From a virus, in IMG/VR virus record IMGVR_UViG_3300045988_085990, positions 1-39,493 of that record: DNA of 39,493 nt. One strand, 5' to 3'. The notes beneath the pieces were generated by a model that had not been told where the DNA came from, did no database searches, and saw only the letters and a program-made list of their open reading frames with translations. The translations under genes were made by a program, and so were the position numbers. The stretch's first letter is position 1. Every line of letters begins with the position of its first letter. Below are positions 1 through 6,636 of this stretch, piece by piece.

Positions 1-37
1 CTTCCTTTAGTTACTTAGGAATACTTAGGGGTTCCTC
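1..37. repeat. 37-nt terminal overlap, identical to 39457..39493 (junction of a circular or permuted assembly)
   Basis: Read directly: cttcctttagttacttaggaatacttaggggttcctc is present at both window ends. Confidence 0.95.
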
Positions 38-55
38 TGTATGTGTGACAATTAA
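32..55 (-). promoter_or_regulatory. Putative phage-RNAP promoter, second of a tandem pair downstream of the RNAP gene
   Basis: Minus strand reads TTAATTGTCACACATACAGAGGAA. The 15-nt core TAATTGTCACACATA is invariant in all six copies, and all are oriented with the genes. Confidence 0.75.
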
Positions 56-78
56 CCAAACAAGTGTTCTTTATAGTA

Positions 79-129
79 GACAAAAGAAGAAGGAAGTAGG
101 AAAGACCTTTGTCTCTACTTACTTCCTTC
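79..129 (-). terminator. Hairpin plus U-rich tail immediately after the RNAP gene
   Basis: On the minus strand, arms GAAGGAAGTAAGTAG (115-129) and CTACTTCCTTC (89-99) pair. An inner AGAC/GTCT pairing extends the stem. The tail is TTCTTTTGTCT. Confidence 0.6.
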
Positions 130-139
130 TCTAGCCGCA

Positions 140-2698
140 TTAGTGAAAAACGAACTTACTATCTAAGATACAGTTGATGTCTAACGAACCCTTTTCAGGG
201 AGTTCAATGTCTAATGGTTCCCCTAACAGCTCTTCAGCGTGTCTCAAGAACTCAGCTAAGGGGTCATGCTCAGTGTACAGCTTGACTAACTCTTGTCTAA
301 TAATACGCCGCAATCGAGCCGCTTCACCGAGGGAAGTCCCAAACGAGTCATGTACGGTACTGAAGTTCACACACCCTTGTCTACTTGCTTCATTAATACT
401 CATCATGAGGTGTGTAGCATCTAGGGAGTGGATGAAGTTCGGAGCGACACCTGTAGCTTGCTTGTGTCTGTCTACGTCTTCGTTCTCACTTACTGTCGTT
501 ACATAGATACGATAGCGTGTGGAGGAGTTACCAAGGCGTAATTGGAACGACTCCGTTTTCCGTGCTAGGTACATCTGCTGAATTGGCAGACCCATAGGCG
601 TCACCCATTCGACAGGCATATCCGCTTTTGCAAGAGCCGCGGCAATCTTCTTTAGACATTCCATACCTTCAATGGCGGCAACGACTGTCGTCTGTACTGC
701 CTTCCAAATTAACTTTGCGAGGTACTGAGCCGCTTGTCTTTCACCGACACCAGCAAAGCAAGGATTGTCCGCCACAGTGTCTTCATAAACCTGGTCAGCA
801 AAACCATACTGCCCACTTCCGTAAGCTAGGGTCATGACAGGACGCTTGCATACTTTGCGATTGATACCATGAGCGAGCCACGCTTCCGCCAACTGCTTCG
901 TTCCCGGCCCAAATGTACCATCCTTACGCTGTTTTCCTTTTAAGGTTCCTTCTATAGCATCTTTCTTAACCATTGTCAAGACCTTATCGGAAACTTCTCT
1001 ATAAATATCTGCTGGCTTGTCATGATCAATCAAGTTGACAGAGGAGCCACCAACAGGGTCACGGAGAAGACAGCTGTAGTGCTGAAGACCTGAGCATGTA
1101 CCGTCATATGCGATTGTACAACGGCAGTCAAAACCTGCTAGGGTCTTATGTGTGTCTAAGTATTCTAAAGCTCTCTTGTATTCCATCGTCCATGCTAAAA
1201 ACTGCCACGGCTTGTCTTGTTCTTGCCACCAAGTAAAGTCCAATGGATTTTCAGCACTAGACAAAATGTTCTGCTTGTTTTCCTCTACCCATGTCACACG
1301 GTCTTCCAGAGGAATTTTGTCATGACCTGCCAGCCCTGCCCCATGAATTGACAGCCACTTGAGGGCGTCGTGAGCGTCTTCAGCAGACACGGGTACAGGG
1401 TCAGCATACTGTAGCAATGCCTTTGTCATGTCGTCCCCTTGAGGGTTGAGGCCAGTCGGAATCGGATAGACACGGCCCCGAAAGTCTATGTTCATAGGGA
1501 ACCAGATTTTGTCATACTTTGCAAAGTCCTCAGCTACTCTGAGAATCATTACGGCTCTCAGGGCCTTCCCTTTGCGCTGGTTTTCCTTATGAATGACTTC
1601 TACCATTTTCTTTTTGTGCGCTTTGAACTGCTTGAGTAGCTCTTCATTTTCCTTAATTTCATCGTAAGCATGAGGGAAGCGTGGGAGTTGTTCGAGAGGT
1701 TTTGTCTCTGCTAGTCCTGCTACCCCACCACCAACACTCAAGTAGTGCTTGATTACTTCTAAGACAGGTTTGTTGATTCTATAGGCCGTTGCTTGAATCG
1801 CATTGACAGCTGAGTACAAACTAGACAAATCAAGTTCATTGAGTCTACTAGTATATAACTTGCGTGTCTGTGAAGACCTTGCGTAGGGGATGTAACGCAT
1901 TAAGGTTTTATTCTGAGACAAAGCCCCATAGTAACCCCCGTCCCACATGCTAGTCCATGGTTTCGGAGGAATAATAGTCGGTACATACGTGATAGCCTGA
2001 CCCACACTCTTGTCCTCTGCCTTAGCGATAGCCTGTAAAAAGATGTCCGTGGGGAGAACTTGTAAGGGCTGTGTCTTGCCTTCCTCAGACACTTCTTGAA
2101 AGACAAAGAAGTCCGTTGTTTCCACGAGTACCGCAAGTAATTGCATACCCAGTGTGGTTCGTTCCTTTGCGGTATGTTTGGTGAACGTAAAGCCTACACC
2201 CTTATAGACATGCTCCATGAAATTCCGACGGTACGAGAAATTGACACGCTCTTTGAGGCTCCGGTCAAAACGCTTGTTTTCTTTGTCTTCAAAAAATGCC
2301 ATTGCTTCTACTTCTGGCTCTAATTCAAGGCCGATTGCACCACCGATATTATTGGCAGTGAGGGAACGCCTCACCATAGCACTAATAGTAATTTTCAAAG
2401 ACAACGTAGCGCAAAGCCTAGCCAATTTTTCCGTGTCACCTTGTAATGCGAGTACATAGTCCTTGACGATTTTAGCGTAGGCAGGTTGTACCCCACGTTT
2501 CGGTTTTACGCAATCTTCTACGAACGCTTGTACATTTGCGGAGTACGTTTCTGCTAGGTGGTTCATGATACCCTGACCGACACGAGTCCGTTCATAGGCT
2601 CCGTCAGCTTTTGCCTTATTCAGCATTTGCAAAGCACGGTTTTCTGCTAAACCTTTGTACATCTTTTCAAGTTCTAACTGTTGTTCTAATGTCATCAT
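140..2698 (-). CDS. T7-like single-subunit DNA-directed RNA polymerase (852 aa)
   Basis: Motifs include RGRVYP, TLAYGS, PNFIHSLDATH and TVHDSFGT, with a C-terminal F-x-F-H-type end. T7 RNAP is 883 aa. An SD (GGAGAGAGGAG) precedes ATGATG. Confidence 0.97.
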   Translation of the reverse strand: MMTLEQQLELEKMYKGLAENRALQMLNKAKADGAYERTRVGQGIMNHLAETYSANVQAFVEDCVKPKRGVQPAYAKIVKDYVLALQGDTEKLARLCATLSLKITISAMVRRSLTANNIGGAIGLELEPEVEAMAFFEDKENKRFDRSLKERVNFSYRRNFMEHVYKGVGFTFTKHTAKERTTLGMQLLAVLVETTDFFVFQEVSEEGKTQPLQVLPTDIFLQAIAKAEDKSVGQAITYVPTIIPPKPWTSMWDGGYYGALSQNKTLMRYIPYARSSQTRKLYTSRLNELDLSSLYSAVNAIQATAYRINKPVLEVIKHYLSVGGGVAGLAETKPLEQLPRFPHAYDEIKENEELLKQFKAHKKKMVEVIHKENQRKGKALRAVMILRVAEDFAKYDKIWFPMNIDFRGRVYPIPTGLNPQGDDMTKALLQYADPVPVSAEDAHDALKWLSIHGAGLAGHDKIPLEDRVTWVEENKQNILSSAENPLDFTWWQEQDKPWQFLAWTMEYKRALEYLDTHKTLAGFDCRCTIAYDGTCSGLQHYSCLLRDPVGGSSVNLIDHDKPADIYREVSDKVLTMVKKDAIEGTLKGKQRKDGTFGPGTKQLAEAWLAHGINRKVCKRPVMTLAYGSGQYGFADQVYEDTVADNPCFAGVGERQAAQYLAKLIWKAVQTTVVAAIEGMECLKKIAAALAKADMPVEWVTPMGLPIQQMYLARKTESFQLRLGNSSTRYRIYVTTVSENEDVDRHKQATGVAPNFIHSLDATHLMMSINEASRQGCVNFSTVHDSFGTSLGEAARLRRIIRQELVKLYTEHDPLAEFLRHAEELLGEPLDIELPEKGSLDINCILDSKFVFH

Positions 2699-2709
2699 TT
2701 TAATCTCTC

Positions 2710-2733
2710 CTCTCTCCTATGTGTGACAATTAA
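2710..2733 (-). promoter_or_regulatory. Putative phage-RNAP promoter directly upstream of the RNAP gene (variant initiation region)
   Basis: Minus strand reads TTAATTGTCACACATAGGAGAGAGGAGAGATTAAAATG. The core is identical to the other copies. The leader contains the SD of the RNAP gene. Confidence 0.65.
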
Positions 2734-2748
2734 CAGAACATCTGTTTG

Positions 2749-2786
2749 GTAGCAGGTAACTTTTTCTATGTTCAGCTACCTGCTAC
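2749..2786 (-). promoter_or_regulatory. 10-bp perfect stem with 18-nt loop between the 76-aa early ORF and the RNAP promoter (possible processing site or early terminator)
   Basis: GTAGCAGGTA (2749-2758) pairs with TACCTGCTAC (2777-2786). No U-tract follows. Confidence 0.45.
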
Positions 2787-2791
2787 TCCTC

Positions 2792-3022
2792 CTACTTGAA
2801 TAGCAAGGCTTGTTTGTACGTATTCTTATGGGTCTTGCCTCCCTTGATAATGACATAGTGTCTGTTGGGGAAGGCCTGCTGAACCTTAGCTAACTCCTGC
2901 TTTACCTTGCGGCCACCTTCTGAGCCTGTGAAGCGGCTGAAAAGACAATAGCCTTGACTCTGAAGATTTTCTATTTCTGCCTCTAACTGGCATGGTCTTC
3001 CTACGTATGCGTAGTAACTCAT
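2792..3022 (-). CDS. Hypothetical early protein (76 aa from the ATG; the ORF track extends to a GTG at 3034)
   Basis: Open frame with AGGAGG upstream and tight packing against the SprT-like gene. No recognisable motif. Confidence 0.6.
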   Translation of the reverse strand: MSYYAYVGRPCQLEAEIENLQSQGYCLFSRFTGSEGGRKVKQELAKVQQAFPNRHYVIIKGGKTHKNTYKQALLFK

Positions 3023-3037
3023 TGCGTGTGTCACCTC

Positions 3038-3586
3038 CTAGTCCCTTACAATCAAGTTGGCTCTCATGGTTTCCCCTGTCGTTAGTTTGTAGACACGAGA
3101 ACCGCCATGCGCTAACAAGTCCTTGACTACCCATGCTCTTTTTGTCTTGTAGCAGTTATATTGGCCATCTTCCCACACTACTTCATACTTGCCCTTAGGC
3201 TGGTTTGCGACAAATTCCTTAGTGACACTAGGGGAAGCTAAGCGAGACAAAGTAAGCCCAAAGTGTTCCCCACATACGACACAAGCCTGTTTGAACTTAC
3301 TCCCATGATGTTCATACATGGGAAGGCAAGCATGAATACATTCGTGTACTAATGTTTCCATGAAAGGCATACCCGTGTCCGTGTCTAAGGCGTATTCGCT
3401 AATTTCAATGCGCGCAAGATCAGAATCATACAAGTAACACCGACCTAGACTCCTCGTCCGCTGGTTGAGTTGGAAAATAACTTCTCTGTCTTCAGCGAAC
3501 TGAGTACGTAAGAATAACACTTCTTGTACTTGTGCATAGACATCGAGACAAAAATCTAATTGCATTTCCGACATTGTTTTTCTCAT
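3038..3586 (-). CDS. SprT-like zinc metallopeptidase-domain protein (182 aa)
   Basis: HExxH occurs in LVHECIHAC, followed by HHGSKF and a Cys-containing segment, as in SprT/ArdC-type protease domains. A strong SD (GGGAGGAATTACC) precedes the ATG. Confidence 0.7.
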   Translation of the reverse strand: MRKTMSEMQLDFCLDVYAQVQEVLFLRTQFAEDREVIFQLNQRTRSLGRCYLYDSDLARIEISEYALDTDTGMPFMETLVHECIHACLPMYEHHGSKFKQACVVCGEHFGLTLSRLASPSVTKEFVANQPKGKYEVVWEDGQYNCYKTKRAWVVKDLLAHGGSRVYKLTTGETMRANLIVRD

Positions 3587-3605
3587 GGTAATTCCTCCCT
3601 TTTCT

Positions 3606-3665
3606 ACTAGTCCTCTAGGGACTTAATCGAGGATACTAAGGATAGCTAGTATCCTCTGTTAAATC
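3606..3665 (-). promoter_or_regulatory. Conserved early intergenic RNA hairpin module, copy A (candidate RNase III-type processing site)
   Basis: A 10-bp stem, GAGGATACTA (3629-3638) with TAGTATCCTC (3647-3656), has an 8-nt loop. The flanks TTTAACAG and TCGATTAAGTCC are shared with copy B and can form a lower stem across a 2x2 internal loop. Confidence 0.55.
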
Positions 3666-3666
3666 T

Positions 3667-4413
3667 CTAGTATTCAGCATTGGGACATACGTCGAGTGCA
3701 AAGATAATGTCTAGGGTATCGTCTGTACATTCAGCGTCCAGAATTTCCGCTTGATATCCATAGTCATACAGGATATCTAAGGCCTGTGCGGGTGTACGCC
3801 CGTCTAGGTCTTCCAGCGTGAAAATCCAATTACCCGTGGTGGTCTCCGTCGTACCTTGTAAGAAGAGCCAGCTGGCTAGTTCACCATCTGTTAATACAGG
3901 AGGTTCCCATGCAAAACTCCCGTTAGGCTTGAACTCCTCATTCCACAACTGTGATTCTATGTAAGCCGTGCTTGTGGCCTCTCCATAGTATTCAGACACA
4001 ATGTCAAGAATTAGTTCTTTGACTTCTTCTAACAATTTCGTGCAAGCGTCCTCGAACTCTCTCCAACTTGAGTCCGCTTGATATTCCCCGAAAAATAGCC
4101 ACACACGACCATTGGGAGACACTTCTAGCCTTGCATTATCGCTAGGGACAAAAACCCCCAATGCTTCTGAAAAAACTGCTAGGTCTAATTCAGTGTAAGT
4201 AGGAGACCATACGAGATTGTTAGGCCATTCAAATTCTTGAATGTTCATGAGGGCGTCGAATGGTTCGGTAAAGATACGTCCGTATTCTTCATTTACCCTG
4301 TCATTAATCAAGGGAAACAAATCTTCTAGCCAGTCCATGCAAGAGGTGACATAGTCCCTTTGGCGATTGACCAATTTTTCCTGAACGTCTTGTGCTAATT
4401 CATAAAATTTCAT
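3667..4413 (-). CDS. Acidic early protein, function unknown (248 aa from the ATG; the ORF track starts at a GTG at 4422)
   Basis: Hand count over the 251-aa ORF gives 50 Asp/Glu against 13 Lys/Arg. An SD (AAGGGAG) lies 8 nt upstream of the ATG at 4411-4413. Confidence 0.75.
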   Translation of the reverse strand: MKFYELAQDVQEKLVNRQRDYVTSCMDWLEDLFPLINDRVNEEYGRIFTEPFDALMNIQEFEWPNNLVWSPTYTELDLAVFSEALGVFVPSDNARLEVSPNGRVWLFFGEYQADSSWREFEDACTKLLEEVKELILDIVSEYYGEATSTAYIESQLWNEEFKPNGSFAWEPPVLTDGELASWLFLQGTTETTTGNWIFTLEDLDGRTPAQALDILYDYGYQAEILDAECTDDTLDIIFALDVCPNAEY

Positions 4414-4444
4414 ACTAGACACTCCCTTCTTTAATTAACTAAGT

Positions 4445-4500
4445 CACTAGTGGACTTAATCGAATACCCTAGAGAGAACCCTAGGGTACTCTGTTAAACC
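4445..4500 (-). promoter_or_regulatory. Conserved early intergenic RNA hairpin module, copy B
   Basis: An 8-bp stem (4465-4472 with 4481-4488) has an 8-nt loop. It has the same flanks (ggacttaatcga ... ctctgttaaa) and the same internal-loop geometry as copy A. Confidence 0.55.
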
Positions 4501-4502
4501 CG

Positions 4503-4937
4503 CTAATGGTCTTCTTCTCCTTCGTCGACTTCTTCATAATCTTCATTGAAAAGTACGTCGTCTCCAGCGTCTACAAGGGCGTCTAAGTCTGGCCAAGGTG
4601 TATCACCGCTGTAGTAGTGTGTGAGGTGGTCGATAATGTCGTCTTTTAAGTCCTCTGCCTCTGCGACTACATCACGACAATCCCCAGATTCTAGATTGCC
4701 GTAGGCATTGAAACGGAAGTAGTCGTCGTTGGGGTCAAATTCCCCGAACCACATCATTTGTGCAATTTCCAGAGGTGTGTAACCGTCTAGAAGTTCATCA
4801 AATTCGTCCATGTCATAATAGATAGAGTCTTCAAAACATCCATCATACGCGTTCATGTCCCGAAGCAAGTAAGCAAGGTCGTCCCCGATTAAGTGTTCAA
4901 CATAGTTACGGATTGCTTGTTCTCTTGTCATTGTCAT
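4503..4937 (-). CDS. Very acidic early protein (144 aa), candidate Ocr-like DNA mimic or anti-restriction protein
   Basis: Hand count gives 43 Asp/Glu against 6 Lys/Arg. It has an acidic C-terminal tail (EDYEEVDEGEEDH). It is the second gene after the host-type promoters, in the position of T7 gene 0.3. Confidence 0.8.
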   Translation of the reverse strand: MTMTREQAIRNYVEHLIGDDLAYLLRDMNAYDGCFEDSIYYDMDEFDELLDGYTPLEIAQMMWFGEFDPNDDYFRFNAYGNLESGDCRDVVAEAEDLKDDIIDHLTHYYSGDTPWPDLDALVDAGDDVLFNEDYEEVDEGEEDH

Positions 4938-5032
4938 AGTAAAATCTCCCTTCTTTTCACTAGGCTTGTCTCATCAGTAGGCAGGTAGCCAGCCTTACCT
5001 AGACAAAGGGAGCTAGTCCCCTTGTTTCGACA

Positions 5033-5290
5033 CTAGTCATGATAGATACGGATGCACCTATCACCATTCCCACGGATGAGGATATATTCACCTTTATCCT
5101 CGATAACATCACCTTTGTGGAGATAGTAAGTCGTTGCTGTGTATTCCATTCGTTCTAACGGTTCAAAGTGAGTTACCGTGAAGCACATGCGCCCACTTTT
5201 AAAGACACCCACTTCTTTAAACAGCCGAGTTTTTGCCATACATGCGACTCTCTTACCGTTTAAAGCCTTATACAGTTCTATTCTTTTCAT
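5033..5290 (-). CDS. Hypothetical first early protein (85 aa)
   Basis: First ORF downstream of the two sigma70-like promoters, with a purine-rich SD (AAAGGAAAGGAA). Confidence 0.65.
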   Translation of the reverse strand: MKRIELYKALNGKRVACMAKTRLFKEVGVFKSGRMCFTVTHFEPLERMEYTATTYYLHKGDVIEDKGEYILIRGNGDRCIRIYHD

Positions 5291-5318
5291 GTTGCTTTCA
5301 TTCCTTTCCTTTGTCTAC

Positions 5319-5347
5319 ATGTTACCATGTTCCTCAACGTTTGTCAA
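5319..5347 (-). promoter_or_regulatory. Host sigma70/sigmaA-type early promoter (proximal)
   Basis: Minus strand reads TTGACA, 17 nt, TAACAT, with TG at the extended -10 position (TGGTAACAT). It lies about 25 nt upstream of the ATG at 5290. Confidence 0.6.
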
Positions 5348-5393
5348 GCACCTTTTTGAATTTCCTTTAAGTGCTTTCCCTTTCGTTGACTAT

Positions 5394-5422
5394 ATGATAC
5401 CGTGTATTACTCCATTTGTCAA
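5394..5422 (-). promoter_or_regulatory. Host sigma70/sigmaA-type early promoter (distal)
   Basis: Minus strand reads TTGACA, 17 nt, TATCAT, with an A-rich UP-like tract (GAAAAAAGTTTGAAATA) upstream. Confidence 0.6.
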
Positions 5423-5729
5423 TAGGTATTTCAAACTTTTTTCAATGGTTCTCTATAATAGTATATATAGATAACAATATGTTTTACACCAATACCAATA
5501 GTTTGTTATAGGAATTACCAGCGGTTATATATGGTATTCCCATAGGTTATTATGCATTGGAGTTATGAGTGGTATTCCGGAGTGTAACATGCAGATATAT
5601 AATTTACTCTATTATGCACTTTGGGAATACTCCCCATACCCAATAGTTACCAATAAGAACCCTTCGTATCCCAAACAGTACCCAATAGGTAAGAAAAAAC
5701 GAACAGATGTTCTAAAAGTATAACCTTGT

Positions 5730-5810
5730 GGAATACCAATAGTACATCTGAGGAATATTATGGAATACCAATAGTACACCATAAGAATAGTATGGAATAC
5801 CAATAGTACA
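5730..5810. repeat. Three direct copies of GGAATACCAATAGTACA
   Basis: Copies lie at 5730-5746, 5762-5778 and 5794-5810. Confidence 0.9.
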
Positions 5811-5843
5811 CAATAGGAATAGTATGATAGAACGAATGTTCTA

Positions 5844-5945
5844 AAAAATATAGGTAAGACAAACAGTTAGGCGTACAAACCTTAGGGAATACAAACAGTA
5901 CACATTAGGTATACTATAGAAAAAATATAGGTAAGACAAACAGTT
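5844..5945. repeat. Perfect 25-bp direct repeat AAAAATATAGGTAAGACAAACAGTT (two copies)
   Basis: Copies lie at 5844-5868 and 5921-5945. Confidence 0.9.
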
Positions 5946-5955
5946 GGAGGTAGAC

Positions 5956-6051
5956 ACAGTTAGTAGTTAAAGAAGTTAGAAGTAGGAACAGTTAGGAATA
6001 CAAACAGTTAGTAGTTAAAGAAGTTAGAAGTAGGAACAGTTAGGAATACAA
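5956..6051. repeat. Perfect 48-bp tandem duplication
   Basis: acagttagtagttaaagaagttagaagtaggaacagttaggaatacaa occurs at 5956-6003 and again at 6004-6051. A third unit starts (acagtt) at 6052. Confidence 0.95.
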
Positions 6052-6315
6052 ACAGTTCACAGTAGGAAGCCTTAGGATACCGAATAGTTCGCAGTGGAAA
6101 TATTGAGTAATGAGAATATTCAGGGATACGAAAGAATACAGGGGTATACGGGGGAACTGCTGTGTGCTGTTCATTCATGTATGTGCTCATAAATTTTTCT
6201 ATGATTTTACTTTTAGGGTTTTCTAGGGCTATCCACGGAGAATAACCCTAGTAAACACATGGGAAAAGATAAGTATAAGGAGGAAAGTAGAAAAGGAAGT
6301 GTTTTTACTTTGTAA

Positions 6316-6541
6316 CACCTAACTGTAATACTGAAGGATTCCTTCAGAACACTAAAGGACTCCTAACTGTAATACTGAGTGATTCCTTACTGTTTTATAT
6401 AAGGAGTAGTTGTTGGTGCTGTTCCTTAGTTAGTTCCTATGGAGTTCCCTTAGAGTTCTCTTAGGGTTCCAGTTGTGTCCCCTTTGAGTTCCTAAGGTTC
6501 GGTGTTCTTTAGGATACTAAAGGACTCCCAACTGTAATACT
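6316..6541. repeat. Dispersed repeats and a palindrome downstream of the right-end promoters
   Basis: A 26-bp repeat actaaaggactcc(t/c)aactgtaatact lies at 6351-6376 and 6516-6541. A partial copy lies near 6318-6335. The perfect palindrome CTGAAGGA-T-TCCTTCAG lies at 6331-6347. Confidence 0.85.
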
Positions 6542-6608
6542 AAGGAATACTAAGGAATACTAGAGGAACAGAGGAAATACTTAGATATACTTTAGTTTTC
6601 CTCTGCCT

Positions 6609-6632
6609 TCCTTCTGTATGTGTGACAATTAA
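6609..6632 (-). promoter_or_regulatory. Putative phage-RNAP promoter after the terminase, pointing into the repeat/terminal region
   Basis: Minus strand reads TTAATTGTCACACATACAGAAGGA. Confidence 0.7.
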
Positions 6633-6636
6633 CGAC

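Larger units (their letters stand above)
5423..6608. repeat. Non-coding, repeat-dense region between the terminase and the early promoters; probable collapsed genome termini or concatemer junction
   Basis: There is no credible ORF. The region holds arrays of GGAATAC/GTATTCC, CCAATAGT, CAAACAGT and CTAAG/CTAAAG-type motifs. The location corresponds to the T7 terminal-repeat region. Confidence 0.7.

Noticed and set aside
5381-5460. Plus-strand sigma70-like hexamers (TTGACT ..., TTCAAA-18-TATAAT) that would drive rightward transcription into the repeat region.
   Set aside because: They have weak -35 or -10 partners or incorrect spacing, and there is no plus-strand gene to serve. The AT-rich sequence makes chance matches likely.
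5730-6051. Possible CRISPR array or iteron-type plasmid origin, suggested by the regularly spaced direct repeats.
   Set aside because: The repeats are 17-48 bp with spacers of only 0-15 bp or none. Several different repeat families are mixed, and there are no unique spacer-sized inserts. This is not CRISPR architecture.
5612-6190. ORFs of 63 aa (5612-5803) and 60 aa (6008-6190) inside the repeat region.
   Set aside because: They have no SD and their sequences are translations of the direct repeats (low complexity, rich in Y/I/F). The region behaves as non-coding terminal DNA.
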